Assembly: GCA_023229865.1 (NCBI GenBank) | Contig: JALNYL010000008.1 | Location: forward strand, 1-41,524 | Length of the DNA stretch: 41,524 nucleotides | DNA from: Minisyncoccota bacterium | GTDB lineage: Bacteria; Patescibacteriota; Minisyncoccia; Phycocordibacterales; UBA1550 | Direction of reading: 5' to 3' | Shown here: positions 1 through 10,553 of the stretch, piece by piece | Layout of the letters: the number at the start of each line of letters is the position of its first letter | How positions within the stretch are numbered: position 1 is the stretch's first letter | Notes under the pieces: model-generated | The model's database searches: none | The model's input: the letters and a program-made list of their open reading frames with translations, nothing else | What the model was told of the DNA's origin: nothing | Translations under genes and position numbers: made by a program

Positions 1-245
1 ATATTCAGTCATGGGTGTCGCCACTCGTGACTCTTGGCGTGGTAGGGTACTTCTTTTGGCGCTCGGTCGCGGAGAATAAATTGAATGGTAATACCCCCGC
101 CGCCGTTGTATAATTATTCTCATGAATCCCGTTAGAAGTCCCCTGGTTTTGAAGGGGAACTAACGAGGAATTAAGAGTAACGCAATTTGATTAACGATTT
201 AATAATTAACTACGGAAACGCACAGCGTTTCCTACCTCTAACGGG

Positions 246-1276
246 ATGAAATACCAAAAGACAGAACTCTATTTTTTGTTCGCACTCATTACGATTATCA
301 GCATCTTGCTCTTTTTTGTTTTTGAGCCGTTTCTCTTTCCGCTTATTCTCGCAGTAATTTTTGCGACAATCTTCGCGCCTATCCACAAGAGGTCACTCGC
401 ACTTACACGCAAGAAGCCAGGGCTTGCGGCGTTTTTGACGACAGCTTTTGTTCTTTTGGTCATCGTGGTCCCAGTAGCATTTTTGGTCACTCAGATAATA
501 AAAGAGGCGACAGATCTTTATTCATCAATCGCAAGCAATGGCGGGGTAGTTACACTTTCTCAGGGGATTGAGGGGGCTCTAAGAAATCTGGGGATTCCGT
601 TCCTCCCGCAGGGCCTATTGATTTTAGTTCATATGCAAAGCAGGGGTTGAGCTGGCTCCTTCAAAATATTGGACCTGTTTTTTCAAATGTTGCCATCATT
701 GCTCTTGATCTCTTTGTTCTTCTTATCGCACTTTACTTCTTGCTCCGTGATGGGGATGCCCTCAGAAAGGTTATTGTCGCTATCAGCCCACTCAAAGATG
801 CTTACGATGACATCGTGATCCAAAAGCTTGAGCGTGCGGTTAATTCCGTAGTTCGCGGAAGTATCTCGGTTGGCCTCGTGCAAGGTGCTTTGACGGCGAT
901 TGGTCTCGCAATCTTTGGTGTTCCTAATCCAATCTTGTGGGGTACGGTCGCAGCAATCGTGGCGCTCATTCCAGGTATTGGTACTTCGCTCGTGCTTATT
1001 CCTTCGATTCTTTATCTATTTTTTACAGGAGCAACAGCCGCAGCGGTGGGGCTCCTTGCTTGGGGATTTATTGCCGTAGGACTTGTGGATAACGTCTTGG
1101 GGCCAAAGCTCGTGGGTCGTGGCGTGCAGTTTCATCCATTTCTTATCCTCCTCTCAATCTTGGGTGGTGTAAGTTTCTTTGGGCCGATCGGGTTCCTCCT
1201 TGGTCCACTCACGCTGAGTCTTCTCCTCGCAGTGCTCGAAATCTACGCACTTGTTCAAAAGGAGCGCAATGAATAA
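246..1276 (+). pseudogene. AI-2E family transporter (PerM/UPF0118-like) with one frame break (ORFs 246..650 and 647..1276)
   Basis: The protein is polytopic, and the downstream ORF has the glycine-rich AI-2E core (ALIPGIGTSLVLIP, VDNVLGPKLVGRGVQFHPFLILLSILGG). The frame of 647..1276 is open back to 572 and reads GPIDFSSYAKQGLSWLL. It joins the upstream frame at the GGG run 611-613 if one G is missing. Confidence 0.75.
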
Positions 1277-1743
1277 TGGCAGTCGCGGTCCTCGACAATC
1301 TTCGTAGTGTGTACAACGTAGGTTCTATTTTTCGCACTGCAAATGCGGTGGGCATTGAGAAAATATATTTGTGCGGAACGACACCAACACCGCTCGACAA
1401 GAAAGGGGAGAGGAGAAAAGACTTTGCGAAGGTCGCACTCGGCGCAGAAGATACGGTTGCATGGGAATATATTGAAAGTACTTTTGAGTGTGTTAAAAAA
1501 CTAAAGAAAGAAAATCATTACATCATTGCGCTCGAGCAGGATGAAAAATCAGTAGACTACAAGAAAGTTGAGATGCCCGCGCGTGGCATCGCATTTTTGA
1601 TTGGGAATGAAGTCGATGGAATTACAAAAGATGTTCTTGCGGAGAGTGATGTGATTGCAGAAATCCCCATGCTCGGGACTAAAGAGTCGCTCAATGTGAC
1701 GATCGCGTTTGGGATAGCGGTGTACCGGATTTTGGGAGCATAA
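1276..1743 (+). CDS. SpoU/TrmH-family RNA 2'-O-methyltransferase
   Basis: The 155-aa product has SPOUT motifs (NVGSIFRTANAVG, LIGNEVDGI, IPMLGTKESLNVTIAFGIAVY). Its ATG overlaps the upstream stop (TAATG). Confidence 0.85.
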   Translation: MAVAVLDNLRSVYNVGSIFRTANAVGIEKIYLCGTTPTPLDKKGERRKDFAKVALGAEDTVAWEYIESTFECVKKLKKENHYIIALEQDEKSVDYKKVEMPARGIAFLIGNEVDGITKDVLAESDVIAEIPMLGTKESLNVTIAFGIAVYRILGA

Positions 1744-1835
1744 GAGCTCGAAGGGCTTTACAAAAAAGCTTTTGCGTGATATTGTTTGCAAGGTTTAAAA
1801 ACGTAGTACTTTCCGCAACGTCCTTAGGAGAAAAA

Positions 1836-2054
1836 ATGATTTTGAATCTCGGTATTGCTTATGTCGCTGCTCTCGCTGCTTTTATTGCGCTACTCTACTT
1901 TGCGACGCGCAATAAGCCGGTGCCTCAGGGGTATGATGGTTTCCTTGAAAGCTCTGCGTGCACTAAGGCGACTTCGGCGGAGATCAAACGCGTCGTTGTC
2001 GGTGTTTCGCTTCTTGTTTTCTTTGTTGCCGTACTCTACCTTTTATTTGCGTGA
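1836..2054 (+). CDS. Small membrane protein (two hydrophobic helices), hypothetical
   Basis: An internal ATG at 1836 is preceded by taGGAGaaaaa. The ORF is followed by its own terminator at 2066-2096. Confidence 0.5.
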   Translation: MILNLGIAYVAALAAFIALLYFATRNKPVPQGYDGFLESSACTKATSAEIKRVVVGVSLLVFFVAVLYLLFA

Positions 2055-2065
2055 GTGCACACAGG

Positions 2066-2096
2066 CGCGGCCTTGGTTAACTCCAGGCCGCGTTTT
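2066..2096 (+). terminator. Rho-independent terminator
   Basis: Stem cgcggcc (2066-2072) pairs with ggccgcg (2086-2092), followed by TTTT. Confidence 0.7.
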
Positions 2097-2127
2097 ATAT
2101 TTGCGGGTGTACAGAAATAATTTTGTG

Positions 2128-2136
2128 TGGTAGTTT
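2128..2136 (+). promoter_or_regulatory. Extended -10 element TGGTAGTTT
   Basis: TGTGGTAGTTT at 2126-2136 is identical to 11538-11548. It lies about 40 nt upstream of the SD-bearing ORF at 2175. Confidence 0.4.
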
Positions 2137-2174
2137 TGTTTTTGGGTTGTTCACTCACAGAGGAAGGAAGTAAT

Positions 2175-2408
2175 ATGATAAGTTCGACGCATCAAGTGTT
2201 TGTTGGAGCCCTTCGTTTTTCGCGCGATTTCCGTAAGAAAAGGGCTGAGACACGAAAGAGAAAGAAGCCAACAGATATTTCGCCCGTAGTTACTTTGCCA
2301 CGAAAGACATTAACCACTGTAGTTTTGGTAATGCTTCTCGTGGGAGCTGTGTCGGGGGGTATGTTGTCATACATTCTTTCGAGTGTGTTTCATTGGAATT
2401 GTTATTAG
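2175..2408 (+). CDS. Small basic protein with a C-terminal TM helix, hypothetical
   Basis: ATG 2175 is preceded by GAGGAAGGAAGtaat. The product has a Lys/Arg-rich N-terminus and then a TM segment (TTVVLVMLLVGAVSGGMLSYIL). It has its own terminator at 2429-2465. Confidence 0.45.
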   Translation: MISSTHQVFVGALRFSRDFRKKRAETRKRKKPTDISPVVTLPRKTLTTVVLVMLLVGAVSGGMLSYILSSVFHWNCY

Positions 2409-2428
2409 GGGGATATGTGTAGTCTCTG

Positions 2429-2465
2429 AGCCACGATTTTGGAATCCCAAAATTGTGGCTTTTTC
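2429..2465 (+). terminator. Rho-independent terminator
   Basis: A 14-bp stem, agccacgattttgg/ccaaaattgtggct (one G-T pair), has loop aatc and a T-tract. Confidence 0.75.
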
Positions 2466-2479
2466 TTTTGCTCAATTTC

Positions 2480-2488
2480 TGGTAGAAT
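2480..2488 (+). promoter_or_regulatory. Extended -10 (TGGTAGAAT), putative atp operon promoter
   Basis: A TGn + TAGAAT element lies 16 nt upstream of the atpB ATG and directly after a terminator. Confidence 0.5.
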
Positions 2489-2504
2489 GCGCCCATCTTT
2501 AATT

Positions 2505-3248
2505 ATGGAACAAGAAAGTATTCACATTGCTCTCGCAGCAGAACAAATCGGGACATTTATGGGAATCCCCGTAACCAATACACTTTTGATGAGTCTTATT
2601 GTGTCTCTCCTCTTGATAACTCTCGCTATTGTTGTGCGCAAAAAGCTCTCGCTTATTCCGGGGCGCCTCCAGACTCTTGTTGAAACACTTTTCGTGGGGA
2701 TTCTCGATTATATGTCAGAGACTCTCGAGGATAAGAAGCTCGCGCGCCAGATTTTCCCGCTTGTACTTACTATCTTCCTCTTTATCTTTACCGCAAACAT
2801 TATCGAATTTACTCCTGGGATTGGGAGTATTGGATGGACCCATCCAGAAGGGGAGTTTACCCCGCTCCTTCGTTCGATGAACACCGATCTGAATACCACC
2901 CTCGCGCTTACCCTGATCGTGTTTGTGGTTATTGAGGTGGTGGGGGTGGCGACTCTAGGTTTCTTGAGATATGGTAAGAAATTTGTTAATCTTAGTTCGG
3001 TTCTAGGGTTTATGGTGGGAATTATAGAGCTCTTTTCCGAAGTGGCGCGATTGGTTTCGTACTCATTCCGTCTCTTTGGGAATATCTTTGCAGGCGAAGT
3101 GATGATTCTTGTTATTCAACATTTCGTCCCAATGGTGCTCCCAGTTCCCATCATGCTCTTCGAGGTCTTCGTCGGATTTATTCAGGCGGCGATCTTTGCA
3201 CTCCTCACACTTTTCTTTGTGAAGATGGCGATTACCGAAGCGCATTAA
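2505..3248 (+). CDS. atpB: F0F1 ATP synthase subunit a
   Basis: The polytopic protein carries the subunit-a motif region (SFRLFGNIFAGEV) and is the first gene of the atp cluster. I moved the start to ATG 2505 (MEQESIH), downstream of the promoter. Confidence 0.9.
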   Translation: MEQESIHIALAAEQIGTFMGIPVTNTLLMSLIVSLLLITLAIVVRKKLSLIPGRLQTLVETLFVGILDYMSETLEDKKLARQIFPLVLTIFLFIFTANIIEFTPGIGSIGWTHPEGEFTPLLRSMNTDLNTTLALTLIVFVVIEVVGVATLGFLRYGKKFVNLSSVLGFMVGIIELFSEVARLVSYSFRLFGNIFAGEVMILVIQHFVPMVLPVPIMLFEVFVGFIQAAIFALLTLFFVKMAITEAH

Positions 3249-3265
3249 AATTGAGGGTTTATTAA

Positions 3266-3508
<243 letters not shown>

Positions 3509-3529
3509 TAATCAACTTACAAAACCCTT

Positions 3530-3973
3530 ATGGAACAAATCGTTTCGGTATTTGGAATTAACTGGAAACTTCTGCTTATTCAGGGGGTGAACTTTGGATT
3601 GTTGCTTGCGATTCTCTACAAGTTTCTCTATAAGCCTGTGCTTCATATGGTGGATACGCGTCGCTTGAAGATCGAGCGTGCAATCCATGATGCAGACGAG
3701 GCAGAGCGACAGCTCGGAGAAGCAGAGGCGGAGAAGGCGCGCATTTTGCGCGAGGCTACCGAGAAGGGGGATGCGGTTATTGATGCTGCAAAAAAGCACG
3801 CAGAAAATGAGGAGCACCTCATCATGAAAGACGCACACCGCAAGGCTGTACATCTTTTAAACGAAGCAGAACGTCGCACGAACCGTGAGCACGACGAGAT
3901 GATTGAAAAGGCTGAGCGTGAAGTCGCACGCATGGCTATTCTTTCTGCAGAGAAGATTCTTCGCAAAGCTTAA
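3530..3973 (+). CDS. atpF: F0F1 ATP synthase subunit b
   Basis: It has an N-terminal TM helix and a long charged coiled coil, and it sits between subunits c and delta. Confidence 0.85.
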   Translation: MEQIVSVFGINWKLLLIQGVNFGLLLAILYKFLYKPVLHMVDTRRLKIERAIHDADEAERQLGEAEAEKARILREATEKGDAVIDAAKKHAENEEHLIMKDAHRKAVHLLNEAERRTNREHDEMIEKAEREVARMAILSAEKILRKA

Positions 3974-3974
3974 T

Positions 3975-4382
3975 ATGAAAGCATCATGGTACGCAGAGGC
4001 GCTTTATGGAGTCCTCCAAGATAGAAGCGTGAAGACGGAAAGCGATTCCAAAAAAGTCTTCGCACGTTTCCATAAGATTCTTGCGGCTCGCGGCCACGAA
4101 AAACTCCTTCCTTTTATCGGCCAAGAACTCGAAAAAATCCTCGTTCGAGAGAAGGGGAAAAACGAAGTTCTCCTCATTACTGCTGATGGTAAAAACGAAA
4201 ACAAATGGTCTCACGCGTATGATCATTATGAAAAAGAGGGGATAATCCCCAAGCACGCCACGCGCCGTGATGTTGTCGACGAAACAATAGTCGGAGGATT
4301 CCAGATAAGAACCAAAGACACACTGATCGACGGCAGTTACAAGAAATCCCTCGTCGAACTTTATCGCAAAATTACTAATTAG
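3975..4382 (+). CDS. atpH: F0F1 ATP synthase subunit delta (short form)
   Basis: ATG 3975 lies one nt after the atpF stop. The C-terminus is OSCP-like ([28 protein letters not shown]). The product is only 135 aa. Confidence 0.8.
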   Translation: MKASWYAEALYGVLQDRSVKTESDSKKVFARFHKILAARGHEKLLPFIGQELEKILVREKGKNEVLLITADGKNENKWSHAYDHYEKEGIIPKHATRRDVVDETIVGGFQIRTKDTLIDGSYKKSLVELYRKITN

Positions 4383-4390
4383 ACACAACC

Positions 4391-5956
4391 ATGAATACCA
4401 TTCTTATAGAAAAAATCAGGAAAGAAATTGAAGCTCTTGAAACAAAGACTTCTGTTGAGCGCGTCGGCACAGTGGTTAAAGCTGGTGACGGTATTGCAGA
4501 AATCGATGGACTTCAGGGTGCGATGATGGCAGAAATGGTTGTGTTTGAAGATGCGGGGAAGAAGCATCTCAAGGATACTCTCGACGAAGAGCCTATCGTC
4601 GGCTTCGTACTCAACCTTGAGGAAGATTTCGTTAAGGCGGTTATTCTCTCAGGCGCAGAGCGCATTGTGGAGGGGATGATTGTGAAGGGGACAGGGAAAA
4701 CTCTCTCAATCCCTGTTTCAAATGGCATGATTGGTCGCGTGGTAAACGCCCTCGGTGAGCCTATTGACGGCAAGGGTGCCATCAAAGAAGAAGACAGACT
4801 CCCTATTGAGCGTATCGCGTTTGGCGTTATTGATCGTTCGGGTGTCGACACTCCAGTGCACACAGGTATCAAGGCAGTAGACTCGATGATTCCTATTGGT
4901 CGCGGACAGCGCGAGCTCATCATTGGTGACCGCGGAACCGGCAAGACTGCTATTGCGCTCGATACTATTTTGAACCAAATCACTGAACCAAAAGAAACGC
5001 GCCCTATTTGTATTTATGTCGCGATTGGTCAGAAGGAATCAAAGATTGCACGCATCGTAGGCGAACTCGAAGAACGCGGTGCTATGGCGTACTCAATCAT
5101 TGTTGTTGCGGGTGCGTCAGAGGCTGCAGCGCTTCAGTACCTCGCTCCGTTTACAGGAGCAACGATTGGAGAATTTTTCATGCTTAAGGGTAAGGATGCG
5201 CTCGTTGTGTACGATGATCTTTCGAAGCACGCAGTTGCATACCGCCAGATGTCGCTCCTTCTTCGTCGCCCACCAGGACGTGAAGCGTACCCAGGAGATA
5301 TTTTCTACCTCCACTCACGTCTTCTCGAGCGTGCTGCAAAGCTCTCCGACAAGCTCGGCGGAGGTTCTCTCACGGCACTTCCCATCATTGAGACACAGCA
5401 AGGTGACGTGTCTGCATACATTCCTACAAACGTGATTTCGATTACGGACGGACAGATTTATCTCGACACTGACCTTTTCAACAAGGGTATGCGTCCTGCA
5501 GTAAACGTTGGTCTCTCGGTGTCACGCGTGGGTTCTGCAGCGCAGACCAAAGCGATGAAGAAAGTGGCAGGCAAGATTCGTCTTGAGCTTGCACAGTTCC
5601 GTGAGCTCGAAGCGTTTATGCAGTTTGCTTCAGATCTCGACAAGGAGACAAAGGAGCGTATTGAAAAAGGTCGCCGTCTCTCAGAGCTTTTGAAGCAGAC
5701 CAACGGCAAGCCACTTTCATTCGAAAAAGAAGTTTTGGTGATTTACGCAGGTATTTCAGGTGTTACCGATAAGGTAAAAGTGGAAGACATGCACCTCTTT
5801 GAGGAGAAACTTTCTGCGTACTTTGAACACCACGCAAGTGCTATCATCGATGCTATTCGCAAGGATCATGCAATCGCAGAGCAGACTGAGAAGGATCTCA
5901 AGGAAGCCCTCGCAAACTTTGTGGTCACACACCCAGAGCTCTTCATTGTCCATTAA
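4391..5956 (+). CDS. atpA: F0F1 ATP synthase subunit alpha
   Basis: It has Walker [12 protein letters not shown] and conserved alpha regions ([27 protein letters not shown]). Confidence 0.97.
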   Translation: MNTILIEKIRKEIEALETKTSVERVGTVVKAGDGIAEIDGLQGAMMAEMVVFEDAGKKHLKDTLDEEPIVGFVLNLEEDFVKAVILSGAERIVEGMIVKGTGKTLSIPVSNGMIGRVVNALGEPIDGKGAIKEEDRLPIERIAFGVIDRSGVDTPVHTGIKAVDSMIPIGRGQRELIIGDRGTGKTAIALDTILNQITEPKETRPICIYVAIGQKESKIARIVGELEERGAMAYSIIVVAGASEAAALQYLAPFTGATIGEFFMLKGKDALVVYDDLSKHAVAYRQMSLLLRRPPGREAYPGDIFYLHSRLLERAAKLSDKLGGGSLTALPIIETQQGDVSAYIPTNVISITDGQIYLDTDLFNKGMRPAVNVGLSVSRVGSAAQTKAMKKVAGKIRLELAQFRELEAFMQFASDLDKETKERIEKGRRLSELLKQTNGKPLSFEKEVLVIYAGISGVTDKVKVEDMHLFEEKLSAYFEHHASAIIDAIRKDHAIAEQTEKDLKEALANFVVTHPELFIVH

Positions 5957-5962
5957 TTTATT

Positions 5963-6889
5963 ATGTCAAACCTCCGCGCGATAAAAGAGAAAATCCGCTC
6001 CGTTCAAAAGACCCATCAGGTTACCAAAGCGATGGAGGCTGTTTCGGGTGTAAAAATGCGTAAGGCACAGATGTCAGCACTCGTCGCGCGCCCTTATGCG
6101 ATGGCGGCGTTTCGTATTCTTTCGCGTATCACCGGGACGGTAGATATTGCGCGCCACCCACTCGTCGCTATCCGCCCTGTGCATCGCGTACTCCTCGTTG
6201 TGGTAACCAGTGATAAAGGTCTCGCGGGTGGGCTCAATAGTGGCGTGACTAAGCGCTCTCTCGCAGCACTTGAAGAGCGCGGTATCGCAAAAGAAAATAC
6301 TGGTGTCCTCGCTATTGGTCGCAAGGGTGAAGAATTCTTTGCGCGCCGTGGATATATTCTCGAGAAGCACATCAAGACTATGAAAGACGAGAGCGCTATT
6401 AGTGAATTTTCTGAGGTGGTATCACTCATTACGCATCTCTTTACGGATGGGAAATACGATGAGTGCATTCTTGCGTACACCAACTTCCGTTCAACATTTG
6501 AGCAAGAGCCTGTGTCGCGCACAATGCTTCCGTTATCCGTGGAAGGCCTCACTACAATGATTAAAGGTATTGTGCCTGAGAAGGGAGCGTTTGCAGAGTC
6601 AGCTGCGGAGATTAAAAAAGAAGAACGTGCGGCGGATTATCTCTTTGAACCGTCACCTGAGGCAGTGTTTGAAACACTTATCCCACGCCTCCTTGCAATA
6701 GAGATTCATCATGCGTTTCTCGAAGCAAAGGCATCTGAACATTCTGCTCGTATGGTTGCGATGCGAAACGCTTCAGACAAGGCAGAAGAAGTCACCTTTG
6801 ATCTCACGCGCGAATACAACAAGGCGCGTCAGAGTGCGATTACGAGAGAGATGAGTGAGATTATCGGAGGAATCGAAGCAATGAAATAA
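5963..6889 (+). CDS. atpG: F0F1 ATP synthase subunit gamma
   Basis: Both the N-terminus (IKEKIRSVQKTHQVTKAMEAVS) and the C-terminus (ITREMSEIIGGIEA) carry gamma signatures. Confidence 0.93.
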   Translation: MSNLRAIKEKIRSVQKTHQVTKAMEAVSGVKMRKAQMSALVARPYAMAAFRILSRITGTVDIARHPLVAIRPVHRVLLVVVTSDKGLAGGLNSGVTKRSLAALEERGIAKENTGVLAIGRKGEEFFARRGYILEKHIKTMKDESAISEFSEVVSLITHLFTDGKYDECILAYTNFRSTFEQEPVSRTMLPLSVEGLTTMIKGIVPEKGAFAESAAEIKKEERAADYLFEPSPEAVFETLIPRLLAIEIHHAFLEAKASEHSARMVAMRNASDKAEEVTFDLTREYNKARQSAITREMSEIIGGIEAMK

Positions 6890-6893
6890 TTAA

Positions 6894-8306
<1,413 letters not shown>

Positions 8307-8310
8307 ATTT

Positions 8311-8547
8311 ATGATGAAGCTCACGATAGCAAAAGTAGACGAAGTGCTTTTCAAAGGAGAGGCAGCGAGTTTGTCGTGCACGGGAGCTCTCGGGGATCTC
8401 ACGATCCTCCCACATCATGCACCGTTAGTGACTCCACTCAAGAGGGGGGATCTCAAGGTTATTGATAAAGAAGGGAAGGAAATCATTATCCCTGTTTTCG
8501 ACGGCGTGCTTGAAGTGGCGGGGAATGAGGTGATAGTAATTTTGTAA
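8311..8547 (+). CDS. atpC: F0F1 ATP synthase subunit epsilon (N-terminal domain only)
   Basis: The 78-aa product matches the epsilon beta-sandwich (ILPHHAPLVTPLKRGDLKV) and is the last gene of the cluster. No C-terminal helical hairpin is present. Confidence 0.8.
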   Translation: MMKLTIAKVDEVLFKGEAASLSCTGALGDLTILPHHAPLVTPLKRGDLKVIDKEGKEIIIPVFDGVLEVAGNEVIVIL

Positions 8548-8554
8548 AACAAAA

Positions 8555-8597
8555 GAAAAAAACTCGACGAGCACTGGTGCTCGTCGAGTTTTTCTTT
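8555..8597. terminator. Bidirectional rho-independent terminator between atpC and the UDG gene
   Basis: A 12-bp perfect stem, ctcgacgagcac/gtgctcgtcgag, is flanked by an A-tract upstream and a T-tract downstream. It sits between convergent genes. Confidence 0.8.
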
Positions 8598-8602
8598 TGT
8601 TT

Positions 8603-9202
8603 TTAAATGGGGCTATCGCAAAGTCTTTCTTTCTCAACCATTTTGAGTATTTGAGGAATGCGAGCAAAGTCTGCCTTGAGGACCTCGCGGAGGGAGCCGT
8701 TGTAGAGGGCTGCTGCGGGGTGATAGAGGGGGAGGAAATGGCGAAGCTTCCCAAAATATTTCCCATTGAGGAGTACCCCATGTGCTTCGGAGATTTTTTC
8801 AGCGGGGAAGAAGTGGTTCATCGAATGGCGTCCGAGGAATACGATAAGTAGGGGGTCAATAATATTTATTTCTTCCTCAAGCCATTTTGCACAACTTGCG
8901 ATTTCATCGGCTGATGGGTCGCGATTTTCTGGCGGGCGATACTTCACGATATTGGTAATGTAAATATCCTCGCGCTTCATATTAATACTCTCGAGCATCT
9001 CAGAGAGGAATTTTCCCGCGGCGCCAATGAAAGGTCGCCCCTCTTTGTCCTCCTTTGCGCCAGGGGCTTCACCAATAAACACGATGCGTGCGTCAGGATT
9101 ACCAAAGCCAGGGACGCCTTGTGTCGCCACCTTTCTCAGTTCACACGTACATTCTGTGAGCCATTTAGTGTTGAGTTGTACGAGTTGCTCGGCTTTGGTC
9201 AT
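8603..9202 (-). CDS. Uracil-DNA glycosylase, family 4
   Basis: Family-4 motifs are present: GFGNPDARIVFIGEAPGAKEDKEGRPFIGAAGKFL and LYHPAAALY. Confidence 0.9.
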   Translation of the reverse strand: MTKAEQLVQLNTKWLTECTCELRKVATQGVPGFGNPDARIVFIGEAPGAKEDKEGRPFIGAAGKFLSEMLESINMKREDIYITNIVKYRPPENRDPSADEIASCAKWLEEEINIIDPLLIVFLGRHSMNHFFPAEKISEAHGVLLNGKYFGKLRHFLPLYHPAAALYNGSLREVLKADFARIPQILKMVEKERLCDSPI

Positions 9203-9222
9203 GGACCAATTTTACCACAATA

Positions 9223-9739
9223 TTAAATCTTGTACTTCTTGTGGTGAGTAGTAGGAAGTCCTGCTTTTGCAGACTTATCAATAGTGTCTTGTGTTCCTGT
9301 GCTTTCGTTTACTTGGAAAGCGTGTACTTCATCCGAGTACATTACTTCTTGGTCGTGACGAAGATTGTAGTGCTCTTGCGTAATAATCTCGTACGGCATC
9401 TCAAGAAGACTTGCAGGGTTTACCTCTTTAATCTTTTTGAGGAGCGATGCGAGTTTGTTGATATCCTCTTTTGTAATTGGCTCATGGCACCAATTGGTGT
9501 AATAGTCATGAATATAGCTATCAAGAAGGGCAGGGATGATAACGCGTAGGTGTGTTGCGGTTGGGTTGTGTTTAAGTACTTCGTCCATTGCGAAGTAGTC
9601 TACCCCTGTTGCTCCTCCCGTGAGCACTCCAATCGCCACGTTCAATGACTTCACGTGCTGCCTTGCGCACATCTTGCTCAACATCGCTATTGGTAAGTCT
9701 CCATGTCCCCGTAAAAAGTATCCATTTCATGATGTTCAT
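9223..9739 (-). pseudogene. SLOG-superfamily (DUF2493/DprA-like Rossmann) protein with an apparent +1 frame break
   Basis: Frame A from ATG 9739 reads MNIMKWILFTGTWRLTNSDVEQDVRKAAREVIERG. Frame B (ORF 9223..9684) continues IGVLTGGATGVDYFAMDEV ... STGTQDTIDKSAKAGLP. Together they give the SLOG beta-alpha core with the GGAxGxD and GT motifs. The frames meet near 9630-9650. Confidence 0.55.
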
Positions 9740-9754
9740 AATGTCATTATTCTG

Positions 9755-9763
9755 TGGTAATAT
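9755..9763 (+). promoter_or_regulatory. Extended -10 (TGGTAATAT)
   Basis: It lies 9 nt upstream of ATG 9773, and no SD lies between them. Confidence 0.45.
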
Positions 9764-9772
9764 CAAGAACAT

Positions 9773-10549
9773 ATGACCGACAAGAAACCAGCTAAAAAGG
9801 CAAAGACGACATCGTGGGGTGGGGTGGCGCATTGGTACGACACACTTTTGGCAGGTAATGATACCTATCAGGCGCACGTGATTTTGCCGAATCTCCTTCG
9901 CGCGATGGCTATCAAAAAAGGGGAAAAGGTGCTCGACCTCGCATGTGGGCAGGGTTTCTTTACGCGCGCATTTCATAAGGAAGGCGCCGTCGCAACAGGG
10001 GTAGACCTCGGGAAACAGCTCGTGCTTATTGCAAAGAAAGAGTCTCCAAAAGATATTCAATACTTCGCGCACTCGGCTGAGGATCTCTCTATGTTTGAAG
10101 ATGGTTCGTTTGAGAAGATTTCTATTGTGCTTGCGATTCAGAACATCGAAGCCCCACACAAAGTTTTCAAAGAAGCAGCGCGCGTACTTGTGCCCGGCGG
10201 GAAGCTCTTTGTGGTGCTCAATCATCCCGCATTCCGTATTCCCAAGGCGAGCTTATGGGGCTATGATGAAGAGGGGAAGTCTCAGTACCGTCGCGTCGAC
10301 AACTATATGTCAGAGTCAAAAGTGGAGATAGAAATGAACCCAAGTAAGCGTGGTGGTCCGACGACTATTTCATTCCATCGTCCACTCCAGTATTATTTTA
10401 AGACACTCGCAAATAGTGGATTCATGGTTGCGCGTCTCGAAGAGTGGCTCTCACATCGTGAGAGCGAGAAGGGTCCGCGCAAGGCAGCCGAGGATCGCGC
10501 GCGCAAAGAGATTCCGCTCTTTCTCTTTTTGGAAATCGTAAAGAAATAA
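9773..10549 (+). CDS. Class I SAM-dependent methyltransferase
   Basis: It has SAM-binding motif I (VLDLACGQGFFTRAF) and a post-I/II pattern (LVPGGKLFVVLNHP). Confidence 0.85.
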   Translation: MTDKKPAKKAKTTSWGGVAHWYDTLLAGNDTYQAHVILPNLLRAMAIKKGEKVLDLACGQGFFTRAFHKEGAVATGVDLGKQLVLIAKKESPKDIQYFAHSAEDLSMFEDGSFEKISIVLAIQNIEAPHKVFKEAARVLVPGGKLFVVLNHPAFRIPKASLWGYDEEGKSQYRRVDNYMSESKVEIEMNPSKRGGPTTISFHRPLQYYFKTLANSGFMVARLEEWLSHRESEKGPRKAAEDRARKEIPLFLFLEIVKK

Positions 10550-10553
10550 CATT

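Noticed and set aside
1-79. An open frame from the window edge to TAA 77-79 (…GVATRDSWRGRVLLLALGRGE) might be the 3' end of an upstream gene.
   Set aside because: Only 25 codons are visible and they contain no diagnostic motif, so a call cannot be supported.
647-650. The TGA ending ORF 246..650 could be a recoded sense codon (UGA=Gly, as in some CPR lineages), which would join the two transporter halves.
   Set aside because: The downstream half is in a different reading frame, so read-through of the TGA would not join them. All other genes in the window end and read normally with the standard code.
2439-2504. The track offers longer N-terminal extensions for several genes (2439 for atpB, 3903 for atpH, 23141, 30088, 34058, 1776, 2127).
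   Set aside because: The extensions overlap upstream genes, terminators or promoters. Internal ATGs fit conserved N-termini, SD positions or stop/start overlaps better.
9572-10225. A 217-aa minus-strand ORF appears in the track.
   Set aside because: Most of it is antisense to the well-supported SAM methyltransferase (9773..10549) and has no recognisable features. Only its last ~55 codons (from ATG 9739) look real, as the N-terminus of the SLOG-like gene.
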